DNA from: a virus
Reading direction: 5' to 3' (one strand)
IMG/VR virus record: IMGVR_UViG_3300045391_007588
Coordinates: 4,079-68,078 of that record
Length of the DNA stretch: 64,000 nt
Made by a program: the position numbers and the translations under genes. Below the pieces are notes generated by a model. It saw only the letters and a list, made by a program, of their open reading frames with translations, was not told where the DNA came from and searched no databases. Shown one piece after another: positions 49,289 through 57,785 of this stretch (the stretch's first letter is position 1; the number at the start of each line of letters is the position of its first letter).

Positions 49289-49438
49289 ATGCTCCGTTTC
49301 ACGATCCGAAACCTGCTGTGGCTGATGGTGGTGGTGGGGCTCGGAATTGCGTTGGCCTTTGAGCATCGAAAGCAGGTGCATTGTGCATTGACGTTGCGAC
49401 CTAATCGCTTGTTGCAACCGGCGACGATCTTGGCATAA
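49289..49438 (+). CDS. Short ORF with RFTIRxLL leader (possibly truncated; absent from the ORF track)
   Basis: AGGGA RBS; MLRFTIRNLLWLMVVVGLGIALAF, 49 aa. Confidence 0.5.
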   Translation: MLRFTIRNLLWLMVVVGLGIALAFEHRKQVHCALTLRPNRLLQPATILA

Positions 49439-49564
49439 TCGGTGAGTGATTGGATTCCTTGGTTTCGCGAACGGCAAGCCAGAAAGCCTCAGAAATAAGT
49501 CGGTGTCTGGCGACTCGCTTTGCTACGCTGACCCGTTCGATACTGAAACGGGAAAGGAACGACA

Positions 49565-50029
49565 ATGGCAGATACGCCTATTGAATTCGACTTTTCCGAC
49601 GACATTCACGAGAGTGTGATCGATGAAGTGAAAGCCGTTGCCACAAGAAAAGTCGGAGCTGATGTAGTTGTAGCGCCCGGGCACGTTGCACTTCATCTTG
49701 TCGGTCCGGCTGACATTTCTGCTTGGGGCGGATTCATCGTGTCGATAATTCTGCTTGTGATCGAAATGCGGCGTGACACTGCAGATCGAAAATGGGACTA
49801 TGATCGAATCAAATCCGTCATTCGCACTCACATGATGTCACTCGATATCCATCGTTTCGAGATCGAATCAATTGAGAACTTCAAGGCTTTACTTGAAGGA
49901 TCAGGTGGATCTTGCAAGGCGGTACTCCGCGACGCGCAGCAGAGTCAGTACACACTTTACATTGCAAAAACCGGTGAGGTGAAATACTCAATCTCCCAGG
50001 GCAAGCAGTCAAGCGCGTTACCGGCCTAG
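49565..50029 (+). CDS. Hypothetical protein
   Basis: AAGGA RBS; 154 aa with one central hydrophobic segment. Confidence 0.7.
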   Translation: MADTPIEFDFSDDIHESVIDEVKAVATRKVGADVVVAPGHVALHLVGPADISAWGGFIVSIILLVIEMRRDTADRKWDYDRIKSVIRTHMMSLDIHRFEIESIENFKALLEGSGGSCKAVLRDAQQSQYTLYIAKTGEVKYSISQGKQSSALPA

Positions 50030-50071
50030 CATTTATCGCAACGACGTGCGACGGCGGAAGTACAACGGTGG

Positions 50072-50902
50072 TCAGCCGTCAACCCATCTCCAGACCTCAG
50101 GATCTGCGCAGTGGACTTCCATTTTGTGGGGTGCCCATCCTCGAAGCAGTTGTTCCTTACACCCTCGCTCGATGTTACCGACGGGGTTAGTAGTCGTCGC
50201 GGCCTGTCGAATGTACGTAGCTTGTGCCGGATTAGTACGCAACAGGTAATCAAATGCGCCCAGGCAGTTGTGGACTTCGGAAACAGTTGTGCAGCCAAAG
50301 GCAATAAAATTATTGGGCGCCGAAATTTGCCCCAAGTTGTAAACGAGCATTCGGTTCTCGGTGTGATCAAAGAAAACGTGCATTGGAAAACAGGTTCCAT
50401 TTGGCATCAATCCCTTGCCACGATTATCCAGGGCCGCACCATCATTTAACAGGATCGACCTCCGGATGCCTTTGGCGCGCAGCTCTTCGTAAACTGCTTT
50501 CGATTTAAGTTCCGCTGTGAGCGCGTTTGGGTAGACATCGTTCACACGTTGAAGGATCTGACTGTCTGGTAGCGCCATTACCATGCTCCATGGCGGTCCT
50601 CCAACGATGCTGCATAGGCCGCAGACGTCGAAGGACGATTCCAGTCCATTCCGATCGACAATTGCGGGGATAATTATGTCATTGACGAATACGTCCAGAA
50701 AAGCGCCGAGGGATTCGTGCGTTAGTTGCTGGATCGGCATCACGTAGACTTGATAGGGCAGTGGTATCCAGTCCGAGAGCTTTGCATGTTGCGCCAATTC
50801 CTTTCGTCGACCGCTTTGACTGCGTTGCCAGGTTGCCTGCCGTTGGACCATTCGTCGAAGGATGGGCTCGAACTCGTTAAACTCCAGCTGCGGGTCGTTC
50901 AT
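50072..50902 (-). CDS. Hypothetical protein
   Basis: 276 aa ORF, divergent from 50947; no motif recognised. Confidence 0.7.
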   Translation of the reverse strand: MNDPQLEFNEFEPILRRMVQRQATWQRSQSGRRKELAQHAKLSDWIPLPYQVYVMPIQQLTHESLGAFLDVFVNDIIIPAIVDRNGLESSFDVCGLCSIVGGPPWSMVMALPDSQILQRVNDVYPNALTAELKSKAVYEELRAKGIRRSILLNDGAALDNRGKGLMPNGTCFPMHVFFDHTENRMLVYNLGQISAPNNFIAFGCTTVSEVHNCLGAFDYLLRTNPAQATYIRQAATTTNPVGNIERGCKEQLLRGWAPHKMEVHCADPEVWRWVDG

Positions 50903-50946
50903 GATCGGCTCCCAAATCCGGACTTTAGCTTAGCGGAACCAGCGTA

Positions 50947-52551
50947 ATGCGCGATGACAACCACTTCTACGCTCAAATCAAAGGAATGCACGATTTCCGG
51001 CGAATGGTCCTCAATTCCGAGTATGCAATGGAACCCATGGTGGCCGTTCATGAATCTATCCACGACGAGATTCTTTTCACGACGCCGGATGGCCTAGCAC
51101 TGACGAGCATCACTCTACTTTTTCGGTCGCAGAGGCAAGATATTGCGCTAGGCCTCTTTCTCGAGAAATTAATCTCAAGTTCCCGCGAGGCTCACGAGTG
51201 CTTTGCCACGTATCTGGGGATTAAAGCGCTTCCTGCGCACCTGGGCTCGGCAGCAATCGACACGCTCGACGAGCAATACGCGAACTGGTACCACCGCCTC
51301 ACATTCCTGGATGGGCATTTTGGCTCAATGCATTATCAATACATAATTGCCAAAAGCATGGCGGAAGTTACATTTTCCTCGCCGTATCTTTGCCGTTTGC
51401 TAGACGCTGGCTTCTCGCCGGTGGAACCGACTTCTTTAGAAACGCCGGATGCTCGTCTGCAACAAATAATCGCCGCAGTTCTTCGCGATCCGGCAGAATT
51501 GAAACATGTCGTTGAAGAAAAGGTGCGCGAGAAATGGAATTCTGAGGGGCATTCGCTCTGGGATTTGGAATTCGACACACAATGGGTGGAAAACGCGAAT
51601 GTTGGATTGGCAACGGAGGCGGCAATCGCAGACGCAGCAATTCCTTGGTTAATTGAGATGACTGGCCTGCCCACTCTTGATAACGCTGCCGTTGACAAAA
51701 GCATGCTCCTTGCCTGGAAAGGTTTGGAAGAACGCAACATCATTAAATTGGCCGATTCGGCGCAGAACCCAATCAGATCGCTTCGCACGTACGAACTTCG
51801 GCGAACGCGCGCGCTGTGCGATACAGTGTTTCGTAACCTTAACGCGCGTGAGATCGAGCTAGGTGACGCCCACGACATTCGACGGTCAGGCCTCGCGTGT
51901 GCTGAATTCGCCTTCATCGCTTCCGCTCCGGATGACCATCTTACGGAAGGCGTTGTTTTTCTTTGGCGTGATCCGCGTCAGGCAACTCTCGAATATGAGG
52001 TCGCTGCGAAACTGTCGACAGATGACGCGTGGTCAGTAATATCCGCATATCGCCAGCAGTTGGCCTCGGGAAAGTCGGTTCCACGTCTCCGGTGCATTGT
52101 TGGAGTAGTTTCGCATCCGGATGCCTTGCTTGAGCCGTTGCTGCCGATTTTATCTCTCGAAAATGGTTCACCAGAGAATTGCCTACTTGCTAACGGTGGC
52201 ATTGGCTTGTGCTGGTATGCGTGCTGCAACTGGATCGATCTCCTCGAATATTGCGACCATATCGGCGGCGGGCGAATAGGGACACTGACATCTGATGTGC
52301 TTGATTTTGCTGTGCCGTATGAGGAACGGCACCCTGCCGATAAACGGCTGCAATTGCTCGTCGTTGACGCCGTTCCGGGCATCATTGTGAAATGCACGAG
52401 CTATCTGGCTTCATCCGCCATTAACAATTATGCGAACGAGCTTACTGCAAGAGGTCGAGTTCGTGAGATGACACGCTCCGACTTCGATCGCCATGCCGAT
52501 GTGGCCCGAAACGCCTACAAACTAATCCGGCACACGTGGCGGCAATACTGA
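50947..52551 (+). CDS. Putative HExxH (gluzincin-like) metallopeptidase
   Basis: VAVHESIHDE motif and downstream AHECFATY candidate third ligand; 534 aa, no signal peptide. Confidence 0.7.
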   Translation: MRDDNHFYAQIKGMHDFRRMVLNSEYAMEPMVAVHESIHDEILFTTPDGLALTSITLLFRSQRQDIALGLFLEKLISSSREAHECFATYLGIKALPAHLGSAAIDTLDEQYANWYHRLTFLDGHFGSMHYQYIIAKSMAEVTFSSPYLCRLLDAGFSPVEPTSLETPDARLQQIIAAVLRDPAELKHVVEEKVREKWNSEGHSLWDLEFDTQWVENANVGLATEAAIADAAIPWLIEMTGLPTLDNAAVDKSMLLAWKGLEERNIIKLADSAQNPIRSLRTYELRRTRALCDTVFRNLNAREIELGDAHDIRRSGLACAEFAFIASAPDDHLTEGVVFLWRDPRQATLEYEVAAKLSTDDAWSVISAYRQQLASGKSVPRLRCIVGVVSHPDALLEPLLPILSLENGSPENCLLANGGIGLCWYACCNWIDLLEYCDHIGGGRIGTLTSDVLDFAVPYEERHPADKRLQLLVVDAVPGIIVKCTSYLASSAINNYANELTARGRVREMTRSDFDRHADVARNAYKLIRHTWRQY

Positions 52552-52872
52552 GCTCGGGTTTATTCAGGGAATATCAGGCATGGTGTGCTCACAATCAGCG
52601 GAAATGACGATGCGGCCGTGTTTCGGGTACCCCAATGACCCACTTTTGCGCGCGACCGTCACTTTGCCAGTCGCGAGTTTTTGCCACAAAAAAACTAACA
52701 CAGTCCAGTTAACAGGCGGCGCGACCGTTCTGTTAACCTGCAATCGCCAGTTCCGAGATAGGTTGCTTGGGTTTGAGGGGGACCGAACAAGACTCGGAAT
52801 CAGTAAGTTATTGCAATCTCTTGGCTTAGAAAAAGCACTCACGCGCGAGTCGTTCCGAAGAGGGTTGGGCAA

Positions 52873-52905
52873 GGGGAGCTGATTTCTGCACCGCGAAACT
52901 GACCG
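52873..52905 (+). repeat. Bipartite motif GGGGAGCT-N10-CCGCGAAACTGACCG, copy 2
   Basis: Matches 10381-10413 in both blocks and in spacing. Confidence 0.7.
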
Positions 52906-53322
52906 GAAGGCAGCGGCAGGACACGCGAGTCTGCTGACCACGAGCGTTTACCTGCACGGGCGCGACTATCGACATTTTCAAGGCGCGAAGCGTGGTGATC
53001 CTTTCATCTGTTCCCTACAGCAGGCGACACTTGGAGATCCACTCAATCGCCATGTCCTGCGCCGTCGTTTCCACACTGCCTGCCGCGTACTGGGTTGGGA
53101 TCGACTGCGCACCCTGACAATTCACCACGGTCGGCACACCTTTATTAGCCATGCACTTGCCGGCGGACGGAGCCTTGCTGAGGTGAAGGCGGCGGCAGGA
53201 CACGCGAGTCTGCTGACCACGAGCGTTTACCTGCACGTGGTGGTGGATGAGCCTGAGGAATTGGGATCGCTTTTTGCCCCAACGTATGCCGTGGATTAGC
53301 GGCTGGATTTGGCGGTGGATAT
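52906..53322 (+). pseudogene. Rearranged tyrosine recombinase remnant: 53-bp piece (=27668-27720) plus 364-bp copy 2 (52959-53322)
   Basis: Direct alignment to 27442-27805; in-frame stop at 53297-53299; no 5' half of the gene. Confidence 0.9.
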
Positions 53323-53429
53323 GGTCGGCGTGTCAGGCATCGATAAATGGGGCAACATTTCTGTAGCAGTGCCGTGGCACACTTCATCGATCATCGCCAT
53401 TTTAGATCGATAAATGCAATAATGGGGGA

Positions 53430-55304
53430 ATGGGAAATATTCGCGATGTTTTGGCAGTTGCCACGCAGTACTTTTTAGCCGGGCGTGCGGAAGAATCCGA
53501 ACAGCTTTGCCGACAAGTGCTTACGGAAGATCCGAGTTGTGCGGATGCTTGGCGGCTTCTTGGCGTGGTTACGAATCAGGCTGGCAACTATGACGTTGCA
53601 GTAGACTGCCTTCGTCGAGCAATTCAGTTGCGACCAGAAGCTGCCCAGTCGCATCGCGCTATGGGCGTAGCTCTGGAAGGCCAACGAAAACTGGCTGAGG
53701 CAGAAGCTTCCTACAGAAAGTCTTTGGAACTAAATCCGGTTTACCCCGAGGCCTACTACTCGCTGGCCAATACTTTGCGCGATCAAGGAAGAGACGATGA
53801 ATCGATAGCCTGCTATCAACGTGCGTTGGAACTTAAACCGGATTATGCCTCGGCACATACAAATCTAGGTTCTGTTCTCGCGCGTCAAGGCAAGCTCCAC
53901 GATGCGGTCGCATGTTGGCGGCGTGCGTGGGTGGTAAGCCCGAATTCTGTTGAGGCCCACATGAATCTAGGCAACGCGCTGCATCAGCAGGGAGATTTCG
54001 AAGGAGCGATCGAGTATTTCCGCCGCGTAGTTGCTTTACAGCCAAACCATGCACTTGCACACAGTGCTATTGGTCTTACCCTTCAGGCTCAAGAAAAGCT
54101 AGATGAAGCCGAGGCAGCGCATCGCCGCGCACTGGAACTAGCAGCCAGCGAAGCCGAGATTCACAGCAATCTCGGACTAACATTGAGAGAACAGGGAAAA
54201 GCTGCTCAAGCCGCAGACAGCTACCGACGGGCCTTAGAATTGAACCCGCTGCTCGCGGAAACATGGAGCAATCTTGGGGTCGCGCTCCACGAACTAGGTG
54301 AGTTGAGTAATGCAGCCGCTTGCTTTCGCCGGTCTCTGGAAATCAAGCCGGAGAATCCGAAATCGCGCTTCAATCAAAGTAGGCTCATGCTACAGACGGG
54401 TGACTTTTATAACGGCTGGAAAGAATATGAATCTCGCTGGGAGGCAAACCATCCTGCGGTGCCCACGTTCGCCAAGCCCGTATGGAAAGGTGAAAGCGTC
54501 TACGGAAAAACTGTGCTACTTCGCGCTGAACAGGGCCTTGGAGACACCCTTCAGTTCGTTCGCTATGCGGCCTTGATTAAGAAGCTTGGCGCGAATGTAG
54601 TCGTGCGATGTCAAAGCTCGCTTACGTGGGTGCTTAGGAGTTGCACCGGGGTGGATCAATTGATCGGCGAGGCCGATGACACGCCACACTGTGATTTCGA
54701 GGCGTTCTTGCTCAGTCTGCCCCATATTTGTCGAACAACACTGGCAACGATTCCTGCCGCCATCCCATACGTTTTTGCCACGCAGTCGTTGATCGATGAG
54801 TGGCGGCAGCGGCTCGTCGGCGTACAAGGCTTTAGGATTGGCATCAACTGGCATGGTCGAGCAGGCAAGCGTGAATCATTACAGCGAGACATTCCGATTG
54901 AGCTTTTTTATTCGCTCGCGCATATCCGCGGTGTGCGGCTCATAAGTCTGCAAAAAGGAGCCGGAGAAGACGACTTGAAGTCGCGTGGCGGCGGAATGCC
55001 AATTATCGACGTTGGTGAATTTGACACCGATCATGGTCCATTTATGGACACCGCCGCCGTCATGAAAAACCTGGATCTCGTGATCACCTCGGATTCCGCT
55101 GTTGCGCACCTAGCTGGAGCACTGGGCGTCCCTGTCTGGATCGCATTACCCTTCGACTCCGAATTTCGTTGGCTCTTGGACCGAGAAGACAGCCCGTGGT
55201 ATCCAACGATGCGCCTGTTCCGTCAGAAAGCAGCAGGTGACTGGGATAGCGTTTTTAGCGCGATTCGAGACGCGTTTGAGGAGCGACGTGCGGAACCGCT
55301 CTGA
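53430..55304 (+). CDS. TPR-repeat glycosyltransferase (GT9-like), paralogue 2
   Basis: TPRs; EQGLGDTLQFVRY, LDLVITSDSAVAHLAGALG, SPWYPTMRLFRQ. Confidence 0.9.
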   Translation: MGNIRDVLAVATQYFLAGRAEESEQLCRQVLTEDPSCADAWRLLGVVTNQAGNYDVAVDCLRRAIQLRPEAAQSHRAMGVALEGQRKLAEAEASYRKSLELNPVYPEAYYSLANTLRDQGRDDESIACYQRALELKPDYASAHTNLGSVLARQGKLHDAVACWRRAWVVSPNSVEAHMNLGNALHQQGDFEGAIEYFRRVVALQPNHALAHSAIGLTLQAQEKLDEAEAAHRRALELAASEAEIHSNLGLTLREQGKAAQAADSYRRALELNPLLAETWSNLGVALHELGELSNAAACFRRSLEIKPENPKSRFNQSRLMLQTGDFYNGWKEYESRWEANHPAVPTFAKPVWKGESVYGKTVLLRAEQGLGDTLQFVRYAALIKKLGANVVVRCQSSLTWVLRSCTGVDQLIGEADDTPHCDFEAFLLSLPHICRTTLATIPAAIPYVFATQSLIDEWRQRLVGVQGFRIGINWHGRAGKRESLQRDIPIELFYSLAHIRGVRLISLQKGAGEDDLKSRGGGMPIIDVGEFDTDHGPFMDTAAVMKNLDLVITSDSAVAHLAGALGVPVWIALPFDSEFRWLLDREDSPWYPTMRLFRQKAAGDWDSVFSAIRDAFEERRAEPL

Positions 55305-55327
55305 TTACGACGGTGCACTCTCGCCAT

Positions 55328-57235
55328 TCACATTCGCTCAGGATTTATTGAGATCCCCGTGGCGACGGCCTGCCGCACGGCGGTTCTTATTTCCGAGACA
55401 ACTCCTTCCCAATCTCCAAGCGACTTTTGTCTGAACAGCCGCATTGTCGGATACCAGGGGCTGTCCGAACGGTCGAGCAGCCAGTGCCAGGAGGGGCTAA
55501 ATGGCAAAGCGACCCAGACTGGCCTACCCAGTGCGCCGGCCAAATGTGGGACAGAAGTGTCCGACGAAATGATAAGATCGAGATTCTGCATTATCGCGGC
55601 TGTGTCCATGAATGGACCGTGCGCGGTGTCGAATTCGCCGAGGTCGATGATTGGCAGGTGCCCGGCGGGGTTGCTTAGATCTTCCTGCCCAGCGCCTTTT
55701 TGAAGACTGATCAGTTGCACGCCGGGAATACCCGCAAAAGAAGCGATTAGTTCGGGTGGAATATCACGCCGCCGCGAGTCAATTCGATCCGTTCGCCCGC
55801 GCCAGTTAATTCCAATGCGAAAGCCTGGGAATTTTCTCAGTACATCGCGCCAATGAGCGACCAGAGCCGGATCGGCCGACAAATAGGGAACTTCATGTGG
55901 AACGGTAGATAAGGTCGTCTTCAATGCAGCCGGAATGCTGAGGAGCGGCGTGTGAAAGTCGAATGGCGGCAGTGCGGCCCCAGCGGGCAGCAATTGGTCG
56001 ATTCCCGGGCAAGAAGCGAGCAATCGAGTGAGGGGTCGCAGACACTCCACGACGACCGTGGCCCCGAGGCGTTTGATAAGCGGGGCGTAGCGGATGAATT
56101 GGATCGTATCACCGAGTCCTTGCTCGGCATGCAGCAGTATTGTCTTGCCCGCGAGTGGCTCGCCTAGCCATTGCGGCTGAGGGAATTTTCGAGCGGTCAG
56201 TTTCCCGGTCTTCCAACGCCACTCATAGGCCGGCCAGCCGTGCTCAAAATCTCCCTGGAGGAGCAGCAACTGCGCCTCGTTCCAACGCGGCTCGGGATAT
56301 TCCGGAGCTAACTCAATTGCGCGGCGATTGGACGCAGCGGCCTCGCATATCTGCCCGCTCTCTTTGAGTACAAAGCCCAGGTTGTTGTGGACCTCAGCGA
56401 GATTGGGGCGAATTTCAATTGCCCGCCGAAACGCGGCAGCGGCCTGCGGCAGATCGTCAAGTTCCAAATAGGCCCTGCCGAGATTGTTCAGGGCTTCAGC
56501 GTAATTCGGATTCAGATCCAGCGCGCGACGATAAGCGTCGATCGCTTCATCGAACCTTTTGAGAGCGTGGAATGAATTGCCACGCTCGTAATGAGCCTGA
56601 AAAAAGTTCGGCCTCAAATCGGCAGCTTTTTGATAGCACTCGATCGCCTGTTCGAACTTTTGCTGTGCATCGTAGGCCAGGCCGAGATTGAAATAGGCTT
56701 CGGCAAAAGCGGGATCGTGTTCGATCGCTTTGGCGAAGTTTGCAATGGCTTCGTCGAACTCGCCGCGATCTTTGTGGACCGTACCGAGGTTGTTATAGGC
56801 TCTGGGGTCATCGGGCTTGAGTTCGATACCCCGACGATAACAGGCGGTTGCTTCGTCGATTCTTCCCAGGTCGTGAAGAGCGTTTCCCAGATTGCCGACT
56901 GCACTGATAGAATCCGGTTGTAACTGCAGGGCACGGCGGTACCAACCGATCGCAGCTTGCAGATTGCCCTGAGCGTGGAGCGCCATGCCTCCATTGAACA
57001 AGGCGTCGAAATAATCAGGCTTGCGCATCAGCGACGTTTCATAGCAAGACACCGCCTCTGTAAGTTTTCCTTGGCTCGCAAAGGCGAGGCCTAAATTGTT
57101 GTACGATTCAGGGCGCGATGGCTCCAATGCAATTGCCTGTCGAAAGCAGCCAATCGCCTGCTCCAAATTGCCATGCGATTGAAAAGCAACACCTAGATTG
57201 TTTAGCGTGTCGGCATCGGCTGGAGTGAACTGCAT
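55328..57235 (-). CDS. TPR-repeat glycosyltransferase (GT9-like), paralogue 3
   Basis: TPRs; EQGLGDTIQFIRY, LDLIISSDTSVPHLAGALG, SPWYPTMRLFRQ. Confidence 0.9.
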   Translation of the reverse strand: MQFTPADADTLNNLGVAFQSHGNLEQAIGCFRQAIALEPSRPESYNNLGLAFASQGKLTEAVSCYETSLMRKPDYFDALFNGGMALHAQGNLQAAIGWYRRALQLQPDSISAVGNLGNALHDLGRIDEATACYRRGIELKPDDPRAYNNLGTVHKDRGEFDEAIANFAKAIEHDPAFAEAYFNLGLAYDAQQKFEQAIECYQKAADLRPNFFQAHYERGNSFHALKRFDEAIDAYRRALDLNPNYAEALNNLGRAYLELDDLPQAAAAFRRAIEIRPNLAEVHNNLGFVLKESGQICEAAASNRRAIELAPEYPEPRWNEAQLLLLQGDFEHGWPAYEWRWKTGKLTARKFPQPQWLGEPLAGKTILLHAEQGLGDTIQFIRYAPLIKRLGATVVVECLRPLTRLLASCPGIDQLLPAGAALPPFDFHTPLLSIPAALKTTLSTVPHEVPYLSADPALVAHWRDVLRKFPGFRIGINWRGRTDRIDSRRRDIPPELIASFAGIPGVQLISLQKGAGQEDLSNPAGHLPIIDLGEFDTAHGPFMDTAAIMQNLDLIISSDTSVPHLAGALGRPVWVALPFSPSWHWLLDRSDSPWYPTMRLFRQKSLGDWEGVVSEIRTAVRQAVATGISINPERM

Positions 57236-57399
57236 AGCTAAAGTGTACTTGATGGCAGCCTGTGGACGTCCGCGACATACGCAATCAAGCCGAGAAGACG
57301 CAAACTGTCCGCTAGAAACGACTAATGCATCCGAAAACGCGAACGATTACGCCTTCTCACGCAGCCGACCGGCCCAGTAAGAGCTCTACCCTTACGAAG

Positions 57400-57744
57400 C
57401 TAATTATTTCGACGACCTCGCACGTAAATATCTATTTCGTCGCGAAGTATGCAAACATCCCCCGCAAGATCAGCCTCAGTCGCTAGATCGTCCAGCAGCG
57501 CTTCAGTGGACTGTCGAACGCGTCTATGAATTCGGACCAAATGACTTAAGCCGACTAAGCCCGCGTATTTAAGTTCGAAGCTCTCGCTTCTAAGAAACTG
57601 AGCGCATTGATCTTCGATCCAATCAGCATCTGGTTGGTACAGGGCCGCACTCAGAAGTGCAATCGTCCTTCGACCGATGTCGTTGAACGAAAGGTCACGC
57701 TCGATTTCTTCTCGCGAAAGGACAGGAATCTCTTCGTATCGCAT
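57400..57744 (-). CDS. Putative helical (HEAT-like) immunity protein for Rhs2
   Basis: 114 aa, 41 bp downstream of the Rhs2 stop; ALLSAALY...W...C..FL...GLSHLVRIH. Confidence 0.7.
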   Translation of the reverse strand: MRYEEIPVLSREEIERDLSFNDIGRRTIALLSAALYQPDADWIEDQCAQFLRSESFELKYAGLVGLSHLVRIHRRVRQSTEALLDDLATEADLAGDVCILRDEIDIYVRGRRNN

Positions 57745-57785
57745 ATGTTGTTTAGTATAGGCTCGATTTTCGACGACCGCCGCAT

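Noticed and set aside
27806-52900. Integron cassette array driven by the tyrosine recombinase
   Set aside because: The recombinase lacks the IntI-specific insertion; candidate attC-like bits (about 30003-30040 and 45724-45740) lack proper R''/R' boxes and stems; cargo genes are in mixed orientation
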